DNA of 64,000 nt from Deltaproteobacteria bacterium CSP1-8 (GTDB lineage: Bacteria > Desulfobacterota > Deferrimicrobia > Deferrimicrobiales > Deferrimicrobiaceae): positions 1,062 to 65,061 of the forward strand of contig LDXO01000003.1 of the NCBI GenBank assembly GCA_001443455.1. The letters run 5' to 3'. Shown here piece after piece: positions 1 to 13,585 of this stretch; position 1 is the stretch's first letter, and each line of letters begins with the position of its first letter. Made by a program: the position numbers and the translations under genes. Below the pieces are notes generated by a model, which saw nothing but the letters and a program-made list of their open reading frames with translations, did no database searches and had not been told where the DNA came from.

Positions 1-427
1 CGCGGGAGTTGTCCCGGCCGTCCCGGGAGAGGTCCTTTTCCGGCGCCTCCGGGTCGTACGCCAGGAGCAGGTTGCCGATGTTCTTCGGCCTTGCGGTGAG
101 CGCCTTCGCGTACGGGTCGATGAGGAGCTTGCTCCCGTTGAACCGCATCCCGCGTGCCGGGTCGAAAGGCCCCTCCACCTTGTAGCCGTAGAGCTGCCCC
201 GCCTTCACCCCGTGGACGAATACGTGCCAGAGATGCTTCGTCCGGTTCTCGATCCGGATGACGTCCGCCGGATCCCCGTCCTCCCTGTCGAACAGGAGGA
301 GAAAGACCTCCGACGCGTGCTGGGAATAGAAGGCGAAGTTGACGCCTTCCGGTCCCGGCGTGGCGCCCAGGGGATAATGCCTCCCCGGCGTGACCTTGCG
401 GGTTGTCGCATGCCGCGGGCTAGCCAC
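1..427 (-). CDS. glgX: Glycogen debranching enzyme GlgX (isoamylase family), N-terminal part; gene runs off the window start
   Basis: Own minus-strand translation; absent from the ORF track because its stop lies outside the window. VASPRHATTRKVTPGRHYPLGATPGPEGVNFAFYSQHASEVFLLLFD..LWHVFVHGVKAGQLYGYKVEGPFDPARGMRFNGSKLLIDPYAKAL is a typical GlgX N-terminus. The GTG start at 427 is tentative. Confidence 0.7.
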   Translation of the reverse strand, partial: MASPRHATTRKVTPGRHYPLGATPGPEGVNFAFYSQHASEVFLLLFDREDGDPADVIRIENRTKHLWHVFVHGVKAGQLYGYKVEGPFDPARGMRFNGSKLLIDPYAKALTARPKNIGNLLLAYDPEAPEKDLSRDGRDNSR

Positions 428-622
428 CTTGGTCCCCTGCCGGAGGATGGATTTTTTTTTTGCGTCCCCTCTGGTTCTTTCCCGGGAGTCCGACCCTTTG
501 GATGGCTCGCGCGCACTCTTCGGTTCCGGTCCGATTCGGGGAAAGCAAGCGCGGCCATTGTATCAGCGAATTTCGTCCTCCGGCAATATCGGCCACGCCC
601 CCCATGGTCCGGGCCTCCGGCA

Positions 623-679
623 AAACGACCGTCAACGAAACGACCGTCTGTGACAAGGGGGGGTAGGTTGACAAGGGGG
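623..679. repeat. Two adjacent tandem direct-repeat pairs in a non-coding spacer: AAACGACCGTC x2 (623-633, 638-648) and TGACAAGGGGG x2 (651-661, 669-679)
   Basis: Read directly from the sequence. The repeat periods are 15 and 18 bp. The repeats lie about 220 bp upstream of the protease gene. Function is unknown; a binding-site array is possible. Confidence 0.6.
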
Positions 680-896
680 TATTGTCTTCCCCCCCGTTTC
701 CCGATAGGATAAGCCAATCGGCCGGGTTTAGGTCAACCACCACCCGAAGACGTTTCATTCCAGAAAAGGCGTAGGCAGCAACCAGGCGCGGAAGGCGGCC
801 CGGCGGCCGTGTCTTCCCCTCCGCGGAAGGAATTCCCCCCCCCTTGCGTCCCAACGCAGGCAGGGGAGAGGGAGTTCCGGCGGGAGGAGGTGTCCC

Positions 897-1775
897 ATGT
901 TCGCGCGCGCCTGCAGGAGGGCGACCTGTTTCACCAGGCCGGTGGTGATCTCCCGGCGGTATTTCGACCGGAGCACCGATTGCGGGTGCGGCGCCTTCGT
1001 CGTGATCAACGACGAGGGCTGGATCGTCACGGCGGCTCACCTCCTGTCCGCGCATAACAGGATCCAGCGGGACACGGAAGAGATCGTCGAGCATTACCAC
1101 ACGATCCACACGATCGAGCAGGATGAGGGCATCCCCCCGACCGAGAAATACGACAGGTTCAAACGGCTGCAGGAAAACCCGAAGTGGATCACCAATCTCT
1201 CCTACTGGTGGGGGATGGACGGCGTCCAGCTAACCGACATCCGGCCCCTCCCGGAAGGAGATCTTGTCCTCGGGCGGCTTTCGCCGTTCGACCGGAACGC
1301 GTGGCCTGTCTACCCGGTCTTCAAGTCCCCCGACGACCTGGGCGTCGGGACGGCCCTGTGCAAGATCGGGTATCCCTTCCAGAGGGTGAACGCCATGTTC
1401 CGCGAGGCGAACAATTCCTTCGAGCTCGGCCCCACGGTTCGTACACTCGCCGCCTTTCCGTTGGAGGGGCTCTACACGAGAACGTTGCACGCGGGGAAAT
1501 CCGCCGACGGGAGATATGACATCAAGTTCCTGGAGACATCGTCGCCGGGGCTGAAGGGCCAAAGCGGAGGACCGATCCTGGACGCGAACGGCACGATCTG
1601 GGGGGTCCAGAGCAGGACCGACAACTACGCCTACGGCACCGTCGCCCGGGTGGAAAAGGACGGGAGGGAGGTCGAGGAGGACCAGTGCATCAACCTGGGG
1701 ATCGGGATCCATCCCGAGCTGATCGTCCGATTCCTGCAGGACAACGGGGTCGGGTTCTCCCTCTCCGACTACTGA
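897..1775 (+). CDS. Trypsin-like (S1/chymotrypsin fold) serine protease with no signal peptide, so predicted cytoplasmic
   Basis: 292-aa ORF with GGAGG 6 nt upstream of the ATG. The catalytic triad context is intact: His in WIVTAAHLL, Asp in EGDLVLGRL, Ser in GLKGQSGGPILD. The N-terminus MFARACRRATCFTRP is not hydrophobic. Confidence 0.8.
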   Translation: MFARACRRATCFTRPVVISRRYFDRSTDCGCGAFVVINDEGWIVTAAHLLSAHNRIQRDTEEIVEHYHTIHTIEQDEGIPPTEKYDRFKRLQENPKWITNLSYWWGMDGVQLTDIRPLPEGDLVLGRLSPFDRNAWPVYPVFKSPDDLGVGTALCKIGYPFQRVNAMFREANNSFELGPTVRTLAAFPLEGLYTRTLHAGKSADGRYDIKFLETSSPGLKGQSGGPILDANGTIWGVQSRTDNYAYGTVARVEKDGREVEEDQCINLGIGIHPELIVRFLQDNGVGFSLSDY

Positions 1776-1857
1776 CCGGCCTCCCCGAAATCGGCATCTC
1801 CATTCCGGGGGCACCTTGGTGTATATTCTTTTCCGAATACCATGCAGGAGGGGAGCC

Positions 1858-4309
1858 GTGCAGGATTTCGATAAACTCGGGGTGTTCTACCTCGGTCGCG
1901 AATTCGACCTGAAAAAAAATGCGCTCAAGGAGAACCTGGTCCTCTACGATTCCCGGGACCTTGTCACCCACGCGGTCTGCGTGGGGATGACGGGGAGCGG
2001 GAAGACGGGACTCTGCATCGGGCTCCTGGAGGAGGCGGTGATCGACAACATCCCCGCCATCGTGGTCGACCCGAAGGGAGACCTGGCCAACCTCCTCCTG
2101 ACCTTCCCCGACCTGAAGGAGGGCGATTTCCTCCCCTGGATCAACGAGGAGGAGGCGCAAAGGAAGGGGATCTCCCCGCAGGAGTACGCGGCCAAGCAGG
2201 CTGCCCTCTGGAAGAAAGGGCTGGCCGAGTGGGGGCAGGACGGGGCGCGGATCCGCAAGCTTCGGGAGTCCGCTGAGTTCGCCATCTACACCCCGGGCAG
2301 CACCGCGGGGCTTCCCGTTTCCATCCTCAAGTCGTTCGCCTTCCCGGGGAAAGCCGTCGCGGACGACAGCGAACTGCTGGGGGAGCGGATCGGCACCACG
2401 GTGACGAGCCTGCTCAACCTCTTGGGGACGTCCGCCGATCCCATCCAGAGCAGGGAGCACATCCTCCTCTCCACCATCCTCGACACCGCATGGAAGAAGG
2501 GGCAGGACCTGGACCTGGCCGGGTTCATCCAGGCGATCCAGACGCCCCCCGGTAGCCCGCATCGGCGTCTTCGACCTCGAGTCCTTCTTCCCGTCCAAGG
2601 ACCGGTTTGCCTTCGCCATGAAGCTCAACAACCTCCTGGCGGCGCCGGGGTTCTCGGCCTGGCTCCAGGGCGAGCCGCTTTCCATCGACCGGATGTTCTT
2701 CACGGCGGCAGGAAAACCCAGGGTCTCCATCTTCTCGATCGCCCACTTGAACGACGCGGAGCGGATGTTCTTCGTTTCTCTTCTTCTCACCCAGCTTTTG
2801 GGGTGGATGCGCGCCCAGTCGGGCACGACCAGCCTGCGGACGCTTTTCTACATGGACGAGATCTTCGGGTACTTCCCCCCCGTGGCCAACCCCCCGTCGA
2901 AGGCCCCCCTGCTGACCCTTCTGAAGCAGGCGAGGGCGTTCGGGCTGGGGATCGTCCTGGCGACCCAGAACCCCGTGGACCTGGACTACAAGGGGTTGTC
3001 CAACACGGGGACCTGGTTCCTCGGGAGGTTGCAGACCGAGCGGGACAAGGAGAGGGTCCTGGAAGGCCTGGAGGGGGCGGCGGCCGGCGGCGCGGGCCGG
3101 TTCGACAGGAAGCGGATGGAGCAGATCCTTGCCGGCCTGGGGCAGCGGGTGTTCCTGATGAACAACGTCCATGAGGACGCACCTGTCGTATTCCAGACGC
3201 GTTGGGTGATGTCATACCTGCGCGGCCCACTGACCCGGGCGCAGATCAAGCAGTTGATGGACCCGGTCAAATCGTCGCAGCCCGAACCGGCTCCGGAGAC
3301 CAGGCCCGCCGCCACGCCCGCGGTGGCGGCGAAAGGACGCGCCGCCGCCCCTGCTTCCGCCCGTCCCGCACTCCCCCCGGAGGTTTCCCAGATGTTCCTC
3401 CCGGTCCGCGCCGCGCAGACCGAGGGGGCACGCCTCCACTACGAGCCGATGCTGCTGGGGATCGCCAAGGTCTACTACGCCAACGCGAAAGTCGGGGTCG
3501 CGGCCCAGAAGGAAGTGTGCCTGATGGCGGAGTTTTCCGACCCTCCCTCCCGTGTCGACTGGGACGAGGCCCGGGAAGCGGAGGTCAAGGAAAGCGATCT
3601 TGAGAAGTTCCCCCACGACCCGGACACCTCCTTCGGGGAGCTCCCCCGGGAGGCGTCCAACGCGAAGAGTTACCCGGAGTGGGGAACCACCTTCAAGGAG
3701 TGGATCTACCGGAACAAGAAGCTGGAACTGTTCAAAAGCCCGTCTTTCGGGGTCGTCTCCGATCCAGGAGAGTCGGAGCGCGACTTCCGCATCCGGCTTA
3801 CGCAGGCCGCCCGGGAGAAGCGGGACCAGCAGATCGAGCGGCTGCGTCAGAAATACGTGCCCAAGATCGGGGTATTGCAGGACAGGATCCGCCGCGCCGA
3901 GCAGGCCGTGGAGCGGGAGAAGGCCCAGGCCACGCAGCAGAAACTTTCGACCGCCATCTCCTTCGGGGCCACGCTCCTTACGGCGCTTACGGGCAGGAAA
4001 ACGGTCAGTCAGTCCACGCTCGGGAGGGCGGCGACCACGGCACGGAGCGCGGGGCGCACGTTGAAGGAGTCGCAGGACATCGCCCGGGCCGACGAGAACG
4101 TGCAGGCGCTTGCGAAACAGCTGGGCGACCTCCAGGCGCTGCTGGACCAGGAGACCGAAGAGGTCAAGGCGAGTGGCGACCCTCTGGCCGAGAACCTGGA
4201 GGCCTGCGAGGTCCGGCCGAAGAAGACCGACATCTCGGTCTCCCAGGTGTCGCTTGCGTGGTTCCCCTTCTGGCGGGACAACAAGGGGGGGATCGCGCCG
4301 GCACGCTGA
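1858..4309 (+). pseudogene. HerA/FtsK-like (DUF87-type) P-loop ATPase of ~815 aa, interrupted by a +1 frameshift at the C6 run 2545-2550. This is either a genuine pseudogene or phase-off allele, or an assembly error.
   Basis: The N-terminal part (frame 1, GTG 1858 after AGGAGG) reads VQDFDKLGVFYLGREFD..VCVGMTGSGKTG (Walker A)..IQAIQTPP. The protein continues seamlessly in frame 2 from 2552: VARIGVFDLESFFPSKDRFAFAMKLNNLLAAPGF..RTLFYMDEIFGYFPP (Walker B)..VLATQNPVDLDYKGLSNTGTWFLGRLQTERDK. A long coiled-coil C-terminus follows (ERLRQKYVPKIGVLQDRIRRAEQAVEREKAQ). Confidence 0.75.
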
Positions 4310-4638
4310 CGACGGGTTCTAAAGGGGAGGTTACGCTTCCCGCTCCGCGGCGGTCTCGAGGCTCCTTCGCGACGAAGGAGCCCCTCCACGATTCGCTCCT
4401 CGTCTGGTTGCGGGAGATCGTCCCGAACTTCCCCTTCGAGGAGAACTTCACGTTCACCCGGTTCCCCACCATGGTGATCGAGGTGATGGCCGTGTTGAGC
4501 CAGGCGCTGCCGATGCGGATCGCCGGTAAAGGAAGGGCCATACCACGGCGTGCGGCCTTCCGTTTCCCGATACCGCTTGGCCGCAGGCGGAGGGAGGGGT
4601 ACGTTGGATCCGACCGGATGGTCGAAGGAGGTTCCCCC

Positions 4639-5079
4639 ATGCGCGTGGTGGTGCAAAGGGTGAGCAGGGCGTCCGTGACCTCGGGGGGGGAACTCCTCGG
4701 CGGGATCGGGCGGGGGCTGCTGGTGTTCGCGGGTTTTGGCCACGGCGACGACAGCGCGGACGTCGCCTGGATGGCGGAGAAGATCGTCAAACTGAGGATC
4801 TTCGAGGACGAGGAGGGGAAGATGAACCGGTCGGTCGCCGATGTCGGGGGGGGGATCCTGGTCGTTTCGCAGTTCACCCTGTACGGGGACGCACAGAAAG
4901 GGAACCGCCCTGGCTTCGACGCGGCCGCCCGGCCTGAGAGGGCGGAGCCCTTGTTCCGGGAAATGCTTGCGATTCTGAAGGGACGGTCCTCCCTGCCCGT
5001 GGAGTCCGGCTTGTTCGGGGCGCAGATGGAGGTGGAACTGGTGAACGACGGTCCTGTCACGATCCTGCTCGAGAAATAA
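4639..5079 (+). CDS. dtd: D-aminoacyl-tRNA deacylase
   Basis: MRVVVQRVSRASVT..GLLVFAGFGHGD..KIVKLRIFEDEEGKMNRSV..ILVVSQFTLYGD..GNRPGF is a full-length Dtd signature. GAAGGAGG lies upstream of the ATG. Confidence 0.9.
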   Translation: MRVVVQRVSRASVTSGGELLGGIGRGLLVFAGFGHGDDSADVAWMAEKIVKLRIFEDEEGKMNRSVADVGGGILVVSQFTLYGDAQKGNRPGFDAAARPERAEPLFREMLAILKGRSSLPVESGLFGAQMEVELVNDGPVTILLEK

Positions 5080-5089
5080 CCCCGGTTCC

Positions 5090-6512
5090 CTATATCCCCG
5101 CCAGATACCGGTCCACGCCCGCCGCCGCTTTCCTGCCGAAGTCGATGGCGCGCACGACGAGCGACGCGCCGACCATGGCGTCCCCCGCCGCGAATACGCC
5201 CGGCGCGGTGGTCATCAGGCCGGAATCGACCACCAGGTTCCCGCGGGCGTCCGTTTCCAGCCCGAGGTCCCGCACGAGCGGGCCGTGCTCCACGTGGACG
5301 AACCCCATGGCGAGCAGCACCAGGTCCGCTTCCAGCTCGAACTCCGACCCCGGGATTTCCCGGAAGGTGCTCCGCCCGTTCCCGTCCGGCTCCGGCCACT
5401 CGATCCTGACGCACCGCAGCTTTTCGACACCGTTCCGGCTCCCGAGAAATTCCTTTGTCGACACGCTCCAGAGACGCGTGCATCCTTCCTCCTGGGAGGA
5501 GGACGTGCGCATGATGACCGGCCAGGTCGGCCAGGGGTTGTGCACGGTGCGCTCCGCGGGGGGCATGGGCAAAAGTTCGAGCTGGTGAATCTCCCTGGCC
5601 CCCTGCCTGCGGCTGGTTCCCACGCAGTCCGAGCCGGTGTCGCCGCCCCCGATCACCACGACATGCTTGTCCCGGGCGGTGATCCTCCCTCCCTCCGGCA
5701 AGGCCTCGCCGCCGATCAGCATGTTCTGCTGCGTCAGGAAGTCCATCGCGTAATGGATCCCGGGCAGCTCGCGGCCGGGGACCGGGAGGTCCCTCGGGAC
5801 AGTGGCGCCGGCGGCGATCACGATGGCGTCGAAGGTGCGCCCCAGGTATTTGACGGAGATGTCGGTGCCCGCGTTCACGCCGGTCTCGAAGACGACCCCC
5901 TCCGCGCGCATCTGCTCGAGGCGCCGGTCGATCACCCACTTCTCCAGCTTGAAGTCCGGGATGCCGTAGCGGAGAAGCCCGCCGACCCGGTCCGCCTTCT
6001 CGAAGACCACCACCTCGTGTCCCTTGCGCGCGAGCTGCTGCGCGGCGGCAAGGCCCGCGGGGCCCGAGCCGATGACCCCCACTTTCCTGCCCGTTTTCCG
6101 ATGGGCGGGTTCCGGCCGGATCCACCCCTCCTGCCAGCCCATCTCCACGATCTGCAGTTCGATGTGCCGGATGGTGACGGGGGGCAGGTTGATCGAGAGG
6201 GTGCAGGCATCCTCGCACGGGGCGGGGCAGACCCTCCCGGTGATTTCGGGAAGGTTGCACGTGGCGTGCAGAAGGGCCAGCGCCTTTCGCCACTGTTTCC
6301 GGTAGACCATGTCGTTCCACTCGGGGATCCGGTTCACGACCGGGCAGCCGAAGGCGTGGCAGTAGGGGATGCCGCAGTCCATGCACCGGGCCGCCTGGAT
6401 CTCCAGACGGTCCTTCGGCAGGAACTGCTCGACTTCCTGGTAATCGTGGATCCGCTCCTCCACCGGCCGGTACGGAGGTTTCTCCTGCGGGTATTCCAGG
6501 AACCCGGTGGGC

Positions 6513-6520
<8 letters not shown>
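5090..6520 (-). CDS. gltD: Glutamate synthase (NADPH) small subunit
   Basis: 476 aa. Contains Fe-S Cys motifs (CMDCGIPYCH, CPAPCEDAC), the dinucleotide fold VGVIGSGPAGLAAA, and YGIPDFKLEK. Overlaps the gltB stop by 8 nt. Confidence 0.93.
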
Positions 6521-11096
<4,576 letters not shown>

Positions 11097-11223
11097 AAAC
11101 CGATGCCTCTTTGCCGAGAATCTGTCCTATTATTATGTCACAGCTCCGGGCAATCCCGGTATTGGCCGCTAAACATTAGATACTAGGCGTTCCCGAAGGA
11201 AATTTCCACCCTGGGGATTATCC

Positions 11224-11799
11224 ATGATGCGCTGTGAATGGGCCGGGGATGATCCGTTGATGGTTTCGTACCACGACGAGGAATGGGGCGTGCCGGTGCA
11301 CGACGACCGGAAGCTGTTCGAGTTCCTCGTGCTGGAAGGCGCCCAGGCCGGTCTCTCCTGGCGGACGATTCTCCGGAAGCGGAAGAATTACCGCAGGGCC
11401 TTCGACGGGTTCGACCCCGTCCGGGTGGCGACCTACAGCAAAAAGGAAGCGGAAAGGCTCCTCGCCGATCCGGGGATCGTCCGCAACCGTGCGAAGATCA
11501 CCGCCGCCATCGGGAACGCCCGTTCCTGTCTCGATGTGGCCGGCGAGTTCGGGTCCTTCGACGCATATCTCTGGAGGTTCGTGGGCGGGGCCCCCATCGT
11601 GAACCGGTACCGGTCGATGTCCGAACTGCCGTCGGAAACCAAGGAGTCCCGTGTGATGAGCCGGGAGCTTGCGGCCCGGGGTTTTCGTTTCGTCGGCCCC
11701 ACGATCTGCTACGCTTTCATGCAGGCGGTCGGGATGGTGAACGACCACCTCGTCCACTGCTTCCGGCACCCCGCCGGGGAAGCAAGAATCCGGAGATAG
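11224..11799 (+). CDS. tag: DNA-3-methyladenine glycosylase I
   Basis: MMRCEWAGDDPLMVSYHDEEWGVPVHDDRKLFEFLVLEGAQAGLSW..RNRAKI..NDHLVHCFRH is the canonical Tag signature. Confidence 0.9.
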   Translation: MMRCEWAGDDPLMVSYHDEEWGVPVHDDRKLFEFLVLEGAQAGLSWRTILRKRKNYRRAFDGFDPVRVATYSKKEAERLLADPGIVRNRAKITAAIGNARSCLDVAGEFGSFDAYLWRFVGGAPIVNRYRSMSELPSETKESRVMSRELAARGFRFVGPTICYAFMQAVGMVNDHLVHCFRHPAGEARIRR

Positions 11800-11811
11800 G
11801 CGGGCAGGAAT

Positions 11812-11840
11812 CCCGCGGGAGGGCGGGGGCATCTTTTTTT
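11812..11840 (+). terminator. Possible intrinsic terminator after tag
   Basis: Stem CCCGC (11812-11816) / GCGGG (11823-11827) with a 6-nt loop, then a T7 run at 11834-11840. The stem is short and the T tract sits 6 nt away, so this call is weak. Confidence 0.3.
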
Positions 11841-11880
11841 CAACGCGTTGCGGAAAACAGGCAGAAAGGAGGAGGGCCCC

Positions 11881-12510
11881 ATGGCGAAATTGCTCTATGT
11901 CGAGGCATCGCCCCGGAAGGACCGGTCGGCGTCCATCGCGGTCGCCCGGACGTTTCTCGACGAGTACGGGAAGACCCACCCCGGCGACACGGTGGAGACC
12001 ATGGACCTGTGGAAGACCGACCTGCCGGTCTTCGACGGGGACGTGATCAATGCCAAGTACGCCATCCTCCACGGCAAGGACCACACCCCGGAGCAGAAGG
12101 AGGCATGGGGCGCCGTGGAGAAGGTGATCGCCCGGTTCAAGGATGCGGACAAGTATCTGTTCTCCCTCCCGATGTGGAACTTCGGGATTCCCTACAAGCT
12201 CAAGCACTTCATCGACGTCATCGTGCAGCCCACCTATACGTTCCGCTTCTCCCCCAAGGAAGGGTACAAGGGGCTGGTCACGGGGAAGCCGGCGGCGGTC
12301 GTGTACGCTCGGGGCGGCGGTTACCCTCCGGGGACTCCCGGGGAGGGGTTCGACCTGCAGAAGCGGTACCTGGAACTGGTCCTCGGCTTCATCGGGTTCA
12401 CCGACATCCGGCCCATCCTTGTGGAGGGAACGCTCTCGAAGCCCGAGGCCGCGGAGAAGGCGAAGGATGCGGCGAAGGCGGAGGCAAAGGCCGTCGCCGC
12501 GAAATTTTAA
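11881..12510 (+). CDS. azoR: FMN-dependent NADH-azoreductase / flavodoxin-like quinone reductase
   Basis: MAKLLYVEASPRKDRSAS..FSLPMWNFGIPYKLKHFIDVIV is the AzoR/AcpD family pattern. AGGAGG precedes the ATG at 11881. The track ORF start at 11848 is judged too early. Confidence 0.85.
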   Translation: MAKLLYVEASPRKDRSASIAVARTFLDEYGKTHPGDTVETMDLWKTDLPVFDGDVINAKYAILHGKDHTPEQKEAWGAVEKVIARFKDADKYLFSLPMWNFGIPYKLKHFIDVIVQPTYTFRFSPKEGYKGLVTGKPAAVVYARGGGYPPGTPGEGFDLQKRYLELVLGFIGFTDIRPILVEGTLSKPEAAEKAKDAAKAEAKAVAAKF

Positions 12511-12535
12511 ACCGTCAGGGTACAGAGCCTGCGGG

Positions 12536-13030
12536 ATGGAGACGGAGATACGGGGAGAACTGGCGCGACTGATCCGGGGCCATCGGTGGGCGGCCCTCGC
12601 GACGCTTGGGCGGGATGCGCCTCTTGCCTCCATGGTGGCGTACGCCCCCGAGCGGGATTTCAGCGGGTTCCTCATGCTCCTGAGCCGGCTCTCCCTGCAC
12701 ACACGGTCGCTCCTCGAACACCCGCGCGCCTCGCTTGCGATCAGCGAGCCGGACACGAGAGCAGGCAACCCCCAGACGCTCGCGAGGGTGAGCATCCAGG
12801 GGGAAGCCACACCCATCACGGAGGATATGCCGGGGTACGTAGAGGCGAGGGCGGTTTACGAGAAGCGCCTCCCCGCATCGTCCCCGCTCTTCGGTTTCGG
12901 GGATTTTCTCCTGTTCCGCCTGGTTCCCCGGGAAGCCCGCTTCGTTGCCGGGTTCGCCCAGGCGTATACCCTCACCGCGGAAGACCTGAGGGAGGCGGCC
13001 GGACCAGCGCAGCGAGGTGAGGCGAAGTGA
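12536..13030 (+). CDS. Pyridoxamine 5'-phosphate oxidase-like FMN-binding (split-barrel) family protein
   Basis: METEIRGELARLIRGHRWAALATLGRDAPLASMVAY..FLMLLSRLSLHTRSL..ASLAISEPD..RVSIQGEA resembles the HugZ/PNPOx-like fold family. The upstream part of the track ORF overlaps azoR and was discarded. Confidence 0.7.
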   Translation: METEIRGELARLIRGHRWAALATLGRDAPLASMVAYAPERDFSGFLMLLSRLSLHTRSLLEHPRASLAISEPDTRAGNPQTLARVSIQGEATPITEDMPGYVEARAVYEKRLPASSPLFGFGDFLLFRLVPREARFVAGFAQAYTLTAEDLREAAGPAQRGEAK

Positions 13031-13078
13031 CCGGCATGGCGAGGAGGGTCCGGTAGCCGTATTGCCGAATCAGGAGCA

Positions 13079-13582
13079 AGTGCACCGTCTCGCAAATCCC
13101 TTGGCATTCGAGCGCCGCTGCAGGGGGCCGGTCCCCGGAAGGGTTTCGTCGCGAGACAAGGGAGACCCGAGGCGAGGCGGGCAAGCGCAGGAGCGAGTGC
13201 GGAGGCGTACGGGAAGTACGCCGCACAAGCGAGCGACGAGCACGCCCGACGCAGCCCGGGGATCGCTTGTCGCAGCAGAAAAGGCAGCCCTGTTGGCGAC
13301 CGGCGCCTGCGGCGAGGGAACGCACCGCCAGCCCTTTGTCGGACTCCCTGCGCCCGGCTCGGCGTACCGCCAGTACGCCTGCGCCGTGCTCGGTCGTCCT
13401 TCGCGGTCTGACGGCGCATCCGCTTCGCCTCGGCTGCCGACCCTTCCGGGGACAGGCCCCTCGCTCCAGCTTCGTTGCGCTCCTTGCGCCGTACTTCGCT
13501 CCAGTACGCCTCAGTCGCGCGCCTCGCTGGCGCGGCGCATCGACGCTCTCGGTGCGTCAAGCTATTTACGAGACGGTACACT
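13079..13582. mobile_element. 504-bp non-coding foldback/MITE-like element with 19-bp terminal inverted repeats
   Basis: Left end AGTGCACCGTCTCGCAAAT (13079-13097); right end ATTTACGAGACGGTACACT (13564-13582), matching 17/19 as an inverted repeat. Internal inverted segments are GGGGCCGGTCCCCGGAAGGGT (13124-13144) and its near-complement at 13440-13460. GGCGTAC-N5-GTACGCC hairpins lie at 13204-13222 and 13361-13379. There is no credible ORF. The TIR is related to the copies at 51.6 and 57.6 kb. Confidence 0.6.
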
Positions 13583-13585
13583 AGG

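Noticed and set aside
623-679. Direct repeats considered as a CRISPR array or mini-array
   Set aside because: There are only two copies each of 11-bp units with 4-7 bp between them. This is nothing like 24-48 bp repeats with unique spacers, and no cas genes are present in the window.
205-1109. Several 80-230-aa ORFs on both strands across the glgX start and the spacer
   Set aside because: They are Arg/Gly/Pro-rich and mutually overlapping, and they carry no motifs. The only family-like translation in 1-427 is the GlgX frame, which the track omits because its stop is off-window.
1816-3174. 452-aa ORF taken at face value as one protein
   Set aside because: Only residues up to ..IQAIQTPP (about nt 2550) look like the ATPase. 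The remainder (GSPHRRLRPRVLLPVQGPVCL..) is out-of-frame read-through of the same gene, whose real continuation is in frame 2.
11097-11223. Possible sigma-54 promoter or riboswitch in the gltB/tag divergent region
   Set aside because: The GG/GC elements I found (cGGCCaataccgggaTTGCc) have the wrong spacing for a -24/-12 promoter. No recognisable riboswitch core was seen.
12143-12535. N-terminal extension of the PNPOx-like ORF
   Set aside because: It overlaps azoR in another frame and has Ser/Arg/Pro-rich composition. A sensible start (METEIRGELARL) exists at 12536.
13475-13585. Upstream extension of the FtsK ORF (MRSLRRTSLQYASVARLAGAAHRRSRCVKLFTRRYTR..)
   Set aside because: It lies wholly inside the non-coding foldback element and lacks FtsK-like sequence. 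The typical FtsK N-terminal TM region begins at ATG 13586.
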